DNA of 64,000 nucleotides from the NCBI GenBank assembly GCA_963700285.1, contig CAVOXA010000014.1:960001-1024000 (forward strand), given 5' to 3'. This DNA comes from an uncultured Chloroflexia bacterium. Its GTDB lineage: Bacteria; Chloroflexota; Anaerolineae; JAAYZQ01. The translations under genes and the position numbers were made by a program. Below, piece after piece: positions 20,415 through 28,671 of the stretch. Positions within the stretch are counted from its first letter, which is position 1, and each line of letters begins with the position of its first letter. The notes under the pieces are model-generated. The model saw only the letters and a list, made by a program, of their open reading frames with translations. It did no database searches and was not told the DNA's origin.

Positions 20415-21785
20415 ATGATCCAGGCTGTCCGTAGTGCCTTCGTACTGCCAGACCTGCGCAAAAAGATCCTATACACGTTCCTGATCCTGGCGATCTATCG
20501 TCTGGCGGCTCACGTACCGGTGCCGGGTGTCAACACCGCCGCCTTGAACCAACTGTTCGAGTCCAACCAGCTGTTGGGGTTGCTAGACCTCCTGTCAGGC
20601 GGGGCGATGGCCAACTTCTCAGTGATGGCAATGGGTGTTTACCCGTACATCACGGCCTCCATTATCCTGCAGCTGTTGACACCGATCATCCCAGCATTGG
20701 AACGCCTGCAGCAAGAAGGAGAGCAGGGAAGGGCAAAGCTCAACCAGTACACTTGGTATCTCACAGTACCACTGGCTGCGCTGCAAGGCTACGGTCAAGC
20801 AGTGATTATGACCCAAATGAGCGGCGGGGTACCAATCCTGAACCAGTTTGGCTTTCAAGCTGCCCCGCTTACGACGGTGGCCATCCTGACCAGCATGACA
20901 GCAGGCACCATGTTCGCTGTGTGGCTCGGTGAGCTAATCAGCGAGCAAGGCATCGGAAATGGTACTTCCATTATCATCCTGGGAGGGATCGTTACCCGGC
21001 TGCCGGAACGGCTTCTGGGTCTGGTCATTTCCCAGGAATGGTTGTCACTCATTCTCTTCTTGGTCATCACGACGATCACAGTCTTTGGCATCGTGTTCAT
21101 CCAAGAGGGCAAGCTGATGGTCTGGGTACAGTACAGCAGCCGGACATTGGGACAACGAGGGGGGCGCCTGCGCCAGACACGCTCGGTGCGAACCCACATC
21201 CCACTGCGGGTCAATATGGCTGGTATGATCCCGCTTATCTTTGCTCAGGCCATCCTGGTCTTTCCCAGCACCATCGCCAGCTATTTCATGGCACCGCTGG
21301 GCCAAGATCCCGCAACTGTGATGGAGACGATTGCCTACTGGGTGGACAGGATTTTTAACCCACAATACAACATCTATTGGCCGCTGTACTTCTTGATGGT
21401 CGTCGCGTTTACCTATTTCTATACGGACGTCATCTTTCAACAGCAGAATATGGCGGAGAACCTGAGAAAGCAGGGCGCCTCTATCCCTGGCATCCGGCCA
21501 GGGAAACGGACGGCAGAGTACCTGACCAAAAAGGTACGGCGTATCACCTTGGTGGGCGCTCTGTTCTTGGGTCTGGTCGCAATCCTTCCCTGGCTGGTGG
21601 GCCTCTTTGTCGGCCTCTTGCCTGGGGCCAGCGCAGGAATTACCACCGGCAGCAATGTGATGTTGATATCCTCGACTGGATTGCTCATTGTGGTTGGTGT
21701 TGTGCTGGACACCATGCGTCAGCTTGAGGCTCAGTTGCAGATGCGTCACTATGACAAGTTCCTGCGCAAGGGAATTCTGGGTTAG
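20415..21785 (+). CDS. secY: Preprotein translocase subunit SecY
   Basis: GVYPYITASII, WLGELISEQGIGNG, IPGIRPG, TGLLIVVGV; about 10 TM segments. Confidence 0.98.
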   Translation: MIQAVRSAFVLPDLRKKILYTFLILAIYRLAAHVPVPGVNTAALNQLFESNQLLGLLDLLSGGAMANFSVMAMGVYPYITASIILQLLTPIIPALERLQQEGEQGRAKLNQYTWYLTVPLAALQGYGQAVIMTQMSGGVPILNQFGFQAAPLTTVAILTSMTAGTMFAVWLGELISEQGIGNGTSIIILGGIVTRLPERLLGLVISQEWLSLILFLVITTITVFGIVFIQEGKLMVWVQYSSRTLGQRGGRLRQTRSVRTHIPLRVNMAGMIPLIFAQAILVFPSTIASYFMAPLGQDPATVMETIAYWVDRIFNPQYNIYWPLYFLMVVAFTYFYTDVIFQQQNMAENLRKQGASIPGIRPGKRTAEYLTKKVRRITLVGALFLGLVAILPWLVGLFVGLLPGASAGITTGSNVMLISSTGLLIVVGVVLDTMRQLEAQLQMRHYDKFLRKGILG

Positions 21786-21797
21786 GGAGGCCAGGAC

Positions 21798-22460
21798 ATG
21801 CCTACGGATGCATTGTATCTGGTATTGCTCGGTGGCCCCGGGGCTGGCAAGGGCACGCAAGCAGAACGCCTGTCTACAACGCTGGACATACCCCAGGTAT
21901 CCACGGGGGAGCTGTTCCGCGAGAACCTGAAAAAGGATACCGAGTTGGGACTGCTGGCAAAGGGCTATATGGAGCGCGGAGAACTGGTGCCAGACGAGGT
22001 GACCGTGGGCATGGTTCGGGAACGGCTTTCACAACCTGACGCGGCCAAGGGAGCCATTCTGGATGGCTTTCCCAGAACCGTCGCCCAAGCCAAAGCCCTG
22101 GAGGAATTGATGATCGCCATGGGCACAGAACTGGCAGTCGTGCCCTATATCAGAGTGGATGAGGACATCTTGTTGGCGCGCTTGGCAGGCAGGTGGACGT
22201 GCAAATCCTGTGGGGCAATGTACCACGAGATCTTTAGCCCACCCGTACAGGCTGGCCTTTGTGACAAATGCGGTAGTGAACTCTATCAACGGCCAGATGA
22301 CACGCCTGAAACCCAGGAGCACCGGATCAAGGTCTACTTTGAGCAGACAGCGCCCCTGATCGACTACTATCGGGAAAAAGGATTGCTGGCCGAAGTAGAT
22401 GGCCGGCCTGGGATCGATGAAATCCAGGCCAAGTTGCTTGATATCGTCCGAGAGCTATGA
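21798..22460 (+). CDS. adk: Adenylate kinase (Zn-LID type)
   Basis: GGPGAGKGTQA, LDGFPRT, CKSC...CDKC, QRPDD. Confidence 0.98.
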   Translation: MPTDALYLVLLGGPGAGKGTQAERLSTTLDIPQVSTGELFRENLKKDTELGLLAKGYMERGELVPDEVTVGMVRERLSQPDAAKGAILDGFPRTVAQAKALEELMIAMGTELAVVPYIRVDEDILLARLAGRWTCKSCGAMYHEIFSPPVQAGLCDKCGSELYQRPDDTPETQEHRIKVYFEQTAPLIDYYREKGLLAEVDGRPGIDEIQAKLLDIVREL

Positions 22461-23212
22461 TCAGTCTAAAGTCTGCGCACGAATTGACCCTGATGCGCCA
22501 AGCTGGCCGCATCGTCGCCCAAGTGCTCGGCCAGATCCGGGAAACAGTTGCCCCTGGTGTCTCTACCGGTGATCTGGAAGCCATTGCCGACAAGATCATC
22601 GTGGGCAAGTATAGCGCGGTTCCATCGTTCAAAGGTTACCGGGGATTTCCCGGAATGGTGTGTACCTCAATCAATGAGGAAATCGTGCACGGAATCCCTG
22701 GTGCAAGAGTCTTGAACGAGGGTGATATCCTGAGCGTCGATGTTGGCGTCATCTACATGGGCTATCACGGGGATTCGGCGATTACCGTGGGGGTTGGCAA
22801 GATCGATGACGAAAGCCAGCGGTTGCTGGATGTTACCGCCAGGTCACTGCAAGTCGGAATCGCGATCGCAGAGGCAGGGAACTGGACAACAGACATTTCC
22901 CAAGCGATCCAGGACTATGTTGAAGACCAGGGCTACTCGGTCGTGCGAGAGTATACGGGCCATGGGATCGGGCGCCAGATGCACGAAGACCCACAGATCC
23001 CAAATTATCACGAACCCCGGATTGGGGGTCGGATTAAGCTGCGTCCAGGCATGACTTTTGCCCTGGAACCGATGGTCAACGTGGGCGACTGGCGAACGAG
23101 GGTGCTGGACGACGAATGGACGGTCGTGACGGCTGACGGAAAACGCTCGGCTCATTTTGAACACACTGTAGCTGTCACCAAGAATGGCCCGGAGATCCTG
23201 ACCCAGCTATAG
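22457..23212 (+). CDS. map: Methionine aminopeptidase type I
   Basis: SINEEIVHGIP, GHGIG..MHEDP, ALEPM, SAHFEHT. Confidence 0.98.
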   Translation: MISLKSAHELTLMRQAGRIVAQVLGQIRETVAPGVSTGDLEAIADKIIVGKYSAVPSFKGYRGFPGMVCTSINEEIVHGIPGARVLNEGDILSVDVGVIYMGYHGDSAITVGVGKIDDESQRLLDVTARSLQVGIAIAEAGNWTTDISQAIQDYVEDQGYSVVREYTGHGIGRQMHEDPQIPNYHEPRIGGRIKLRPGMTFALEPMVNVGDWRTRVLDDEWTVVTADGKRSAHFEHTVAVTKNGPEILTQL

Positions 23213-23242
23213 GCCATTCAAATAGCCGGCGGGCTGGTGTCC

Positions 23243-23273
23243 GTCATTCCCGCGTGGTTCTGGCGGGAATCCA
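23243..23273. repeat. REP/dRS3-like palindrome GTCATTCCCGC...GCGGGAATCCA (copy 1)
   Basis: ATTCCCGC/GCGGGAAT inverted repeat; a second copy lies at 51380-51405. Confidence 0.7.
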
Positions 23274-23288
23274 CCGGAGAGGTAAAAC

Positions 23289-23402
23289 ATGAAGGTCAAA
23301 CCATCTGTGAAGCGACGTTGCGAAAAGTGTAAAATCATCAAGCGCCGGGGAATCGTACGGGTTATCTGTGAGAACCCAAGGCATAAACAGCGACAAGGAT
23401 AA
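23289..23402 (+). CDS. rpmJ: 50S ribosomal protein L36
   Basis: Manual translation [37 protein letters not shown]; absent from the ORF track. Confidence 0.98.
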   Translation: MKVKPSVKRRCEKCKIIKRRGIVRVICENPRHKQRQG

Positions 23403-23430
23403 GATATTGGCCATTGATAGGAGGTGAACG

Positions 23431-23814
23431 ATGGCGCGTATTGCGGGTGTAGACCTGCCTCGAGACAAGCAAGTTGAAATCTCACTAACCTATATCTATG
23501 GCATTGGGCGCAGCACCAGCCAGCAGATCCTGGCAATCGCCAACATCGAGCCTGATACGCGGGTACGGGACCTGGCCGAGACCGAGGTCGCCAGGTTGCG
23601 TGAGGTGATTGATCGGAACTACCGGGTAGAAGGTGACCTGCGGCGCGAGGTTGCCATGAACATCAAGCGCTTGCAGGAGATTGGCTGCTACCGCGGCATT
23701 CGCCATCGTAAGAACCTGCCGGTGCATGGTCAGAGGACGCGGACAAATGCGCGCCAGAACCGCGGCGCACGCAAGACAGTGGCTGGCAAGCGCCGGGCGC
23801 GAGCCAAAAAGTAG
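23431..23814 (+). CDS. rpsM: 30S ribosomal protein S13
   Basis: [22 protein letters not shown]...[13 protein letters not shown]. Confidence 0.98.
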   Translation: MARIAGVDLPRDKQVEISLTYIYGIGRSTSQQILAIANIEPDTRVRDLAETEVARLREVIDRNYRVEGDLRREVAMNIKRLQEIGCYRGIRHRKNLPVHGQRTRTNARQNRGARKTVAGKRRARAKK

Positions 23815-23823
23815 GGAGGCACA

Positions 23824-24222
23824 ATGGGACGAACACGTAAGGGGCCAAGGCGTGGACCACGTAGGGAGAAACGAAGCATCCCACGAGGCCGGGCCCATAT
23901 CCAGGCTACATTCAACAACACCATCATTACGATCACCGATCCCCTGGGGAATACCGTCGCCTGGGCAAGTGCCGGGACCGCAGGGTTCAAAGGTTCGCGC
24001 AAGAGTACGCCCTACGCAGCGCAGCTTGCAGGACAGCGCGCCGCCAGGTTGGCTCAAGACAACGGAATGCGCGAACTGGACATTTACATCAAAGGGCCGG
24101 GGCCAGGTCGTGAAGCGGCGATCCGTTCGTTGCAAGCAGCGGGGTTGACCGTCAAAACGATCACCGATGTGACCCCTATCCCCCACAATGGGTGCCGCCC
24201 GCCCAAAAGACGTAGAGTATAA
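23824..24222 (+). CDS. rpsK: 30S ribosomal protein S11
   Basis: [38 protein letters not shown]. Confidence 0.98.
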   Translation: MGRTRKGPRRGPRREKRSIPRGRAHIQATFNNTIITITDPLGNTVAWASAGTAGFKGSRKSTPYAAQLAGQRAARLAQDNGMRELDIYIKGPGPGREAAIRSLQAAGLTVKTITDVTPIPHNGCRPPKRRRV

Positions 24223-24311
24223 GAACCAGGTACCGTCGATTCGGGTAGCGGAGGATCCTGAGTCTCTGGGCACCGCTAGCAGATTGTCGGGTACTCGGTC
24301 TTGGAGGTAGA

Positions 24312-24950
24312 ATGGCAAGATATAAAGACGCGGTGTGCAAGTTATGTCGCCGTGAAGGAGAAAAACTCTTCCTAAAGGGGGAGCGGTGTGTATCGCCCAA
24401 GTGCGCCATGGAGCGACGCGCCTATCCACCGGGTCTGCACGGCAAGCAGTCCCAGTTCCAACGGCGGAAAGCGTCCGACTATGGACTCCAGTTGCGGGCC
24501 AAGCAGAAGGCCAAGCGGGTTTATGGCGTGTTGGAGCGACAGTTCCGTCGCTATTTTGAGGAGGCTGAGCGCCGCCGGGGACTGACAGGAAGCAACCTGC
24601 TGATCCTTCTGGAAAGCCGGCTGGATAGTGTTGTATACCGTCTTGGCTTTGCTTCATCCCGTCCTCAGGCACGGCAGATGGTTCGCCACGGCCACTTGGC
24701 AGTAAACGGGCGCAAAGTGGACATTCCATCATACTTGGTTCGGACTGGTGATGTGGTATCAGTGCGTCCCAACAGCAGCCATAAGACTCTTTTCAAAGAG
24801 GTTGCCCTGGACCTGGAGCACAGGTCGGTCCCCCAATGGCTTAGCCGGGACGACGCGACCATGACGGGGTACGTCCTCGCCCTGCCAGAGCGAGGGGACA
24901 TCGATGTTGCACTTGAGGAACAGCTGATAGTCGAGTACTACAGCCGCTGA
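24312..24950 (+). CDS. rpsD: 30S ribosomal protein S4
   Basis: [34 protein letters not shown]. Confidence 0.98.
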   Translation: MARYKDAVCKLCRREGEKLFLKGERCVSPKCAMERRAYPPGLHGKQSQFQRRKASDYGLQLRAKQKAKRVYGVLERQFRRYFEEAERRRGLTGSNLLILLESRLDSVVYRLGFASSRPQARQMVRHGHLAVNGRKVDIPSYLVRTGDVVSVRPNSSHKTLFKEVALDLEHRSVPQWLSRDDATMTGYVLALPERGDIDVALEEQLIVEYYSR

Positions 24951-25038
24951 TCCAAGCAGAGAGCAATCCTATCCATGGATTGGTACACTGGGTTGCTCTT
25001 CTCAGCGGGTCGTAGTTTTTCGAACGAGGGGGTGCCGA

Positions 25039-25986
25039 TTGTTGAATCTGGTATTGCCTAAAATTGAAGCCGACGCCCAGGCGAGGGACTATGGTCGTTT
25101 CGTGATCGGGCCGCTTGAGAGTGGCTACGGGATCACCCTGGGAAACACACTACGTCGGGTCTTGCTATCGTCACTGGAGGGAGCTGCCATCACATCTCTC
25201 CAGGTCAGAGGCATCCACCACGAATTCTCGACGATCCCGCACATTCGGGAAGACATGACATCTCTGCTCCTTAATCTGAAGCAAGTACGGTTCAGGTTCA
25301 GCGAGGGGGTGGAAGACTCGACCCGACTGCGTCTGGAAGTACAAGGTGCGGGAGTCGTGACCGCGGGTGACATCGTGTGTCCACCCATTGTTGAGGTAGT
25401 GAATCCCGAATTATACCTTGCGACTACCGACTCGGCCGACGCCAACCTGGAGATGGAAATGACCGTCGCCAAGGGGCGGGGCTATTCGCCAGCCGAGGAA
25501 CGGGGAAAGCTGCCTGTGGGCGAGATACCGACTGATGCCATCTTTAGCCCCATCCGCAAGGCCAACTTTAAGGTCGGACGGGCCAGGATCGGGCAGGTGA
25601 GCAATTATGACCGTTTGATCATGGAGATCTGGACCGATGGTACGATCTTGCCTGAGAAAGCACTGAGCACAAGCGCCGAGATCCTTGTAAAACACCTGGC
25701 TTTGGTTGCAGAGTTCGGGGATGTAACCCTGGAGCTGGAACCTGAGGTTGAGGAAAGCCGGATTCCCGACCGAATCGCTGAGGCAAATATCGAGGATCTA
25801 GATCTATCGGTGCGCGCATTCAACTGCTTGAAGCGAGCAGGTATCGCCAACGTGGGTGAGATCCTGGAAAAGCTGGAAGCGGATGAAAACGAACTCCTGA
25901 CCATCCGAAATTTCGGCCAAAAGTCGCTGGACGAGCTGAAGGAAAAGCTAGAAGAAAAAGGCTATTGGCCTCTGCCAGCTGCATAG
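25039..25986 (+). CDS. rpoA: RNA polymerase alpha subunit
   Basis: GYGITLGNTLRRVLLSS, DAIFSPI, LSVRAFNCLKRAGI, NFGQKSL. Confidence 0.98.
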   Translation: MLNLVLPKIEADAQARDYGRFVIGPLESGYGITLGNTLRRVLLSSLEGAAITSLQVRGIHHEFSTIPHIREDMTSLLLNLKQVRFRFSEGVEDSTRLRLEVQGAGVVTAGDIVCPPIVEVVNPELYLATTDSADANLEMEMTVAKGRGYSPAEERGKLPVGEIPTDAIFSPIRKANFKVGRARIGQVSNYDRLIMEIWTDGTILPEKALSTSAEILVKHLALVAEFGDVTLELEPEVEESRIPDRIAEANIEDLDLSVRAFNCLKRAGIANVGEILEKLEADENELLTIRNFGQKSLDELKEKLEEKGYWPLPAA

Positions 25987-26023
25987 ACGGAAGATAGGTT
26001 TTCTTTGGAGGCATTGACAAGAG

Positions 26024-26521
26024 ATGAGACATCGTAAGGCAGGTCGCCATCTAAAACGGTCAAGCGGCCATCGGCGAGCGTTATATCGCAATCTGATGAC
26101 AGAGCTTTTCCGCCACGAGCGGATCAAGACGACGGAGGCCAAGGCCCGGGCGATCCGCCCCCTGGCGGAACACACGCTGACCAAGGCGCGTAAGGCCAGA
26201 CCCGAGCGACTGGTAGAATTGGCCAAGCAGCGGGACACGGTCAAGCTCTCTGCTTGGTTCAACGTCAAGAGGGCCGAACAACTCATAGAATTGGCTGAGC
26301 AGGGGGAAGAAGAGGCACTAACCAGGATGGCCCAGGGGATGGCCCTTCACGCTCGACGCCAAGTGCTGGCGACGCTGACAGACAAAGTGATTGCCCACAA
26401 GCTAGTCGATGAGATTGCACCACGCTTTGAGGACCGCCCTGGCGGCTATACCCGGATGTTCAAGCTGGGCATGCGCAAGGGAGACGCCGCCAAGATGGCG
26501 CTCCTGGAATTGGTCGAGTGA
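26024..26521 (+). CDS. rplQ: 50S ribosomal protein L17 (with about 45-aa internal insertion)
   Basis: MRHRK, IKTTEAKA, LHARRQ, RPGGYTR, RKGDAA.MALLELV. Confidence 0.96.
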   Translation: MRHRKAGRHLKRSSGHRRALYRNLMTELFRHERIKTTEAKARAIRPLAEHTLTKARKARPERLVELAKQRDTVKLSAWFNVKRAEQLIELAEQGEEEALTRMAQGMALHARRQVLATLTDKVIAHKLVDEIAPRFEDRPGGYTRMFKLGMRKGDAAKMALLELVE

Positions 26522-26593
26522 GGCATTTGCCCAACATCCGCCAGTACATAAGCAAGATCGCTGGCGATGGTGACGGCACCCAGGAGTGACACG

Positions 26594-27388
26594 ATGAGCC
26601 CGTCGCTGCGGCTCCGGGCCACGGTGGAATACGACGGTACAGACTTTTTCGGCTTTCAGATCCAGGCGCAGGGTCGGACGGTACAGGGGGAACTTGAGCG
26701 AGCGATTGAATTGGTATCAGGCAAAGCGGCCCGAGTGACTGGGGCTGGCCGGACTGATCGGGGAGTTCACGCGCAAGGCCAGGTTATCAGTTTTGAGATT
26801 GAGTGGCCGCATGACGTGGCTGAGCTGCACCGGGCCCTGAATGCAGTTCTCGCCGACGATGTGGCTGTATCGGAGATGGGGCTGGCGACGAGAGACTTCC
26901 ATCCCCGCTTTAGTGCTCGGTATAGGGCGTATCGCTACACCCTTTTTAACCGGCCGTGGCGCTCGCCAGTGAAAAGGCGAGCGGCCTGGCACATAGCCAG
27001 TCAGCTCGATGCGGAGCAAATGGTCGAGGCCAGCCGTTGCCTGATAGGCACCCATGACTTTGCGGCCTTTGGTCGGCCTCCACAAGGTGAGAACACGGTA
27101 CGAACGGTGTTTCGTGCCGAATGGCAGAAGCAAGATGCCTATCTCACCTTTGACATCGAAGCCAATGCCTATCTCTACCGGATGGTACGCAGTATAGTGG
27201 GAACGCTGGTACTGGTGGGGTTGGGGCAAATGTCCTTGAAGGAGTTTGAGGCGATCTTGCATAGTCGAGATCGTAGCAGGATTAGGAAAATCGCGCCAGC
27301 CCAGGGCTTGTGCCTGATGCGGGTCGATTATGCCAAGCGTGAAGGAGCTTGCAGTGAGGACTTTTACGGGAAAGACAGCGGAAATTGA
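26594..27388 (+). CDS. truA: tRNA pseudouridine(38-40) synthase
   Basis: [42 protein letters not shown]. Confidence 0.97.
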   Translation: MSPSLRLRATVEYDGTDFFGFQIQAQGRTVQGELERAIELVSGKAARVTGAGRTDRGVHAQGQVISFEIEWPHDVAELHRALNAVLADDVAVSEMGLATRDFHPRFSARYRAYRYTLFNRPWRSPVKRRAAWHIASQLDAEQMVEASRCLIGTHDFAAFGRPPQGENTVRTVFRAEWQKQDAYLTFDIEANAYLYRMVRSIVGTLVLVGLGQMSLKEFEAILHSRDRSRIRKIAPAQGLCLMRVDYAKREGACSEDFYGKDSGN

Positions 27389-27782
27389 ACACGAGTGGTT
27401 CATAATAGATGCAGAGAACCAAACCCTTGGCCGGTTGGCGTCGAGGATTGCCCCAATTCTCAGAGGCAAACATAAACCGATCTTTACCCCACACCTGGAC
27501 TGCGGTGACTTTGTGATCATCGTCAATGCAGAGAAGGTACGAATAACGGGGCGCAAGCTTGACCAAAAATACTATCACCGGCACTCGGGCTATCCTGGTG
27601 GGCTAAAGAGTGTAAGCCTGCGCGAGCAACTGGATAAGCACCCAGAGCGTGTGCTCCAGTCCGCAGTCAAGGGGATGCTGCCCAAGAACAGGCTGGGACG
27701 GCGGATGATCAAGAAGCTTAAGATTTATGCTGGCGATTCGCATCCTCACCAGGCACAACAGCCCAAGCCTTTGGATCTGTAG
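27354..27782 (+). CDS. rplM: 50S ribosomal protein L13
   Basis: GTG start after AAGGAG; LGRLAS, LRGKHKP, HSGYPGG, GMLPKN. Confidence 0.98.
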   Translation: MRTFTGKTAEIEHEWFIIDAENQTLGRLASRIAPILRGKHKPIFTPHLDCGDFVIIVNAEKVRITGRKLDQKYYHRHSGYPGGLKSVSLREQLDKHPERVLQSAVKGMLPKNRLGRRMIKKLKIYAGDSHPHQAQQPKPLDL

Positions 27783-27793
27783 GGGGAAAAACT

Positions 27794-28192
27794 ATGTCCA
27801 ATGATGTTCGGTACTATGAGGCGGTAGGTCGGCGCAAGAGAGCCATAGCCCGGGTTCGACTCTATCCCGGTGACGGGGAGATTGTCATCAACGAAAAGGG
27901 ACTTAAGGAGTATTTTGGCCGGTTCCAAGATTGGCAAAGCGTACTGGCGCCACTACAGTTGACCGACCATGAGACTGCGTTTAACCTCTCAGTCCTGGTC
28001 AAGGGTGGTGGTGTTACCGGGCAGGCACACGCCATCCGCCATGGAGTGGCGCGGGCATTGCTGGTGGCTGACCCGAATCTGAGGAAACCCCTGCGCAGGG
28101 CCGGCTTCTTGACGCGCGATCCCAGAGAGAAGGAACGCAAGAAACCTGGTCTCAAGCGTGCCAGGAAGGCGCCGCAGTACACCAAGCGGTAG
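27794..28192 (+). CDS. rpsI: 30S ribosomal protein S9
   Basis: GRRKRAIARV, GGGVTGQA, LTRDPREKERKKPGL..ARKAPQYTKR. Confidence 0.98.
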   Translation: MSNDVRYYEAVGRRKRAIARVRLYPGDGEIVINEKGLKEYFGRFQDWQSVLAPLQLTDHETAFNLSVLVKGGGVTGQAHAIRHGVARALLVADPNLRKPLRRAGFLTRDPREKERKKPGLKRARKAPQYTKR

Positions 28193-28310
28193 ATATCAGT
28201 AGGCGTCGCAACTGGATGCAGACACCGAGTTCCTTTCTCCGAGAGTATCGGGGGCAGGTGCCCGGATCGAGAGGGGGAAACCGCTCTCGCGTATGATCCA
28301 TTTCAGTAAT

Positions 28311-28343
28311 AAGGGGATGTAGCCGGTTGGCTCATCCCCTTTT
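28311..28343. terminator. Intrinsic terminator closing the ribosomal superoperon
   Basis: AAGGGGATG...CATCCCCTT stem followed by TT. Confidence 0.65.
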
Positions 28344-28533
28344 GCTATTCAACCAGATAAGGACATGAACTAGGATATCCCGTACAGGGGTGGACGGTAG
28401 GATGGCTACCACAACTGCCAGGCTCCTTGCAGCGGGCGCAATAGAGAATGCGGTCATGACTGCCACATGTAACCGTAAGATTAGTGGCTGAAAGGCTATA
28501 ATGAGTGAAATTTGATGTCGCCTCATTCAGATA

Positions 28534-28562
28534 TTGCCAATTTACAAAAAGAATGGTATAAT
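28534..28562 (+). promoter_or_regulatory. Sigma70 promoter TTGCCA-N17-TATAAT (extended -10)
   Basis: Near-consensus promoter in an AT-rich gap; followed by an 11-bp perfect inverted repeat at 28577-28603. Confidence 0.75.
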
Positions 28563-28671
28563 AGAGATAGTTTCGTAACCTGGTCAGTGCCTCTGACCAG
28601 GTTGGTCCATCGTCTCTCAGGTTGGCCCAGCAGGAGTGCCAATCTAGACTGTTGATTGCGAGAGTACAGTC

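Noticed and set aside
28332-28526. 64-aa hydrophobic minus-strand ORF, and a 29-codon plus-strand ORF, in the rpsI-kinase gap
   Set aside because: No convincing SD or homology; the region is explained by a terminator and promoters.
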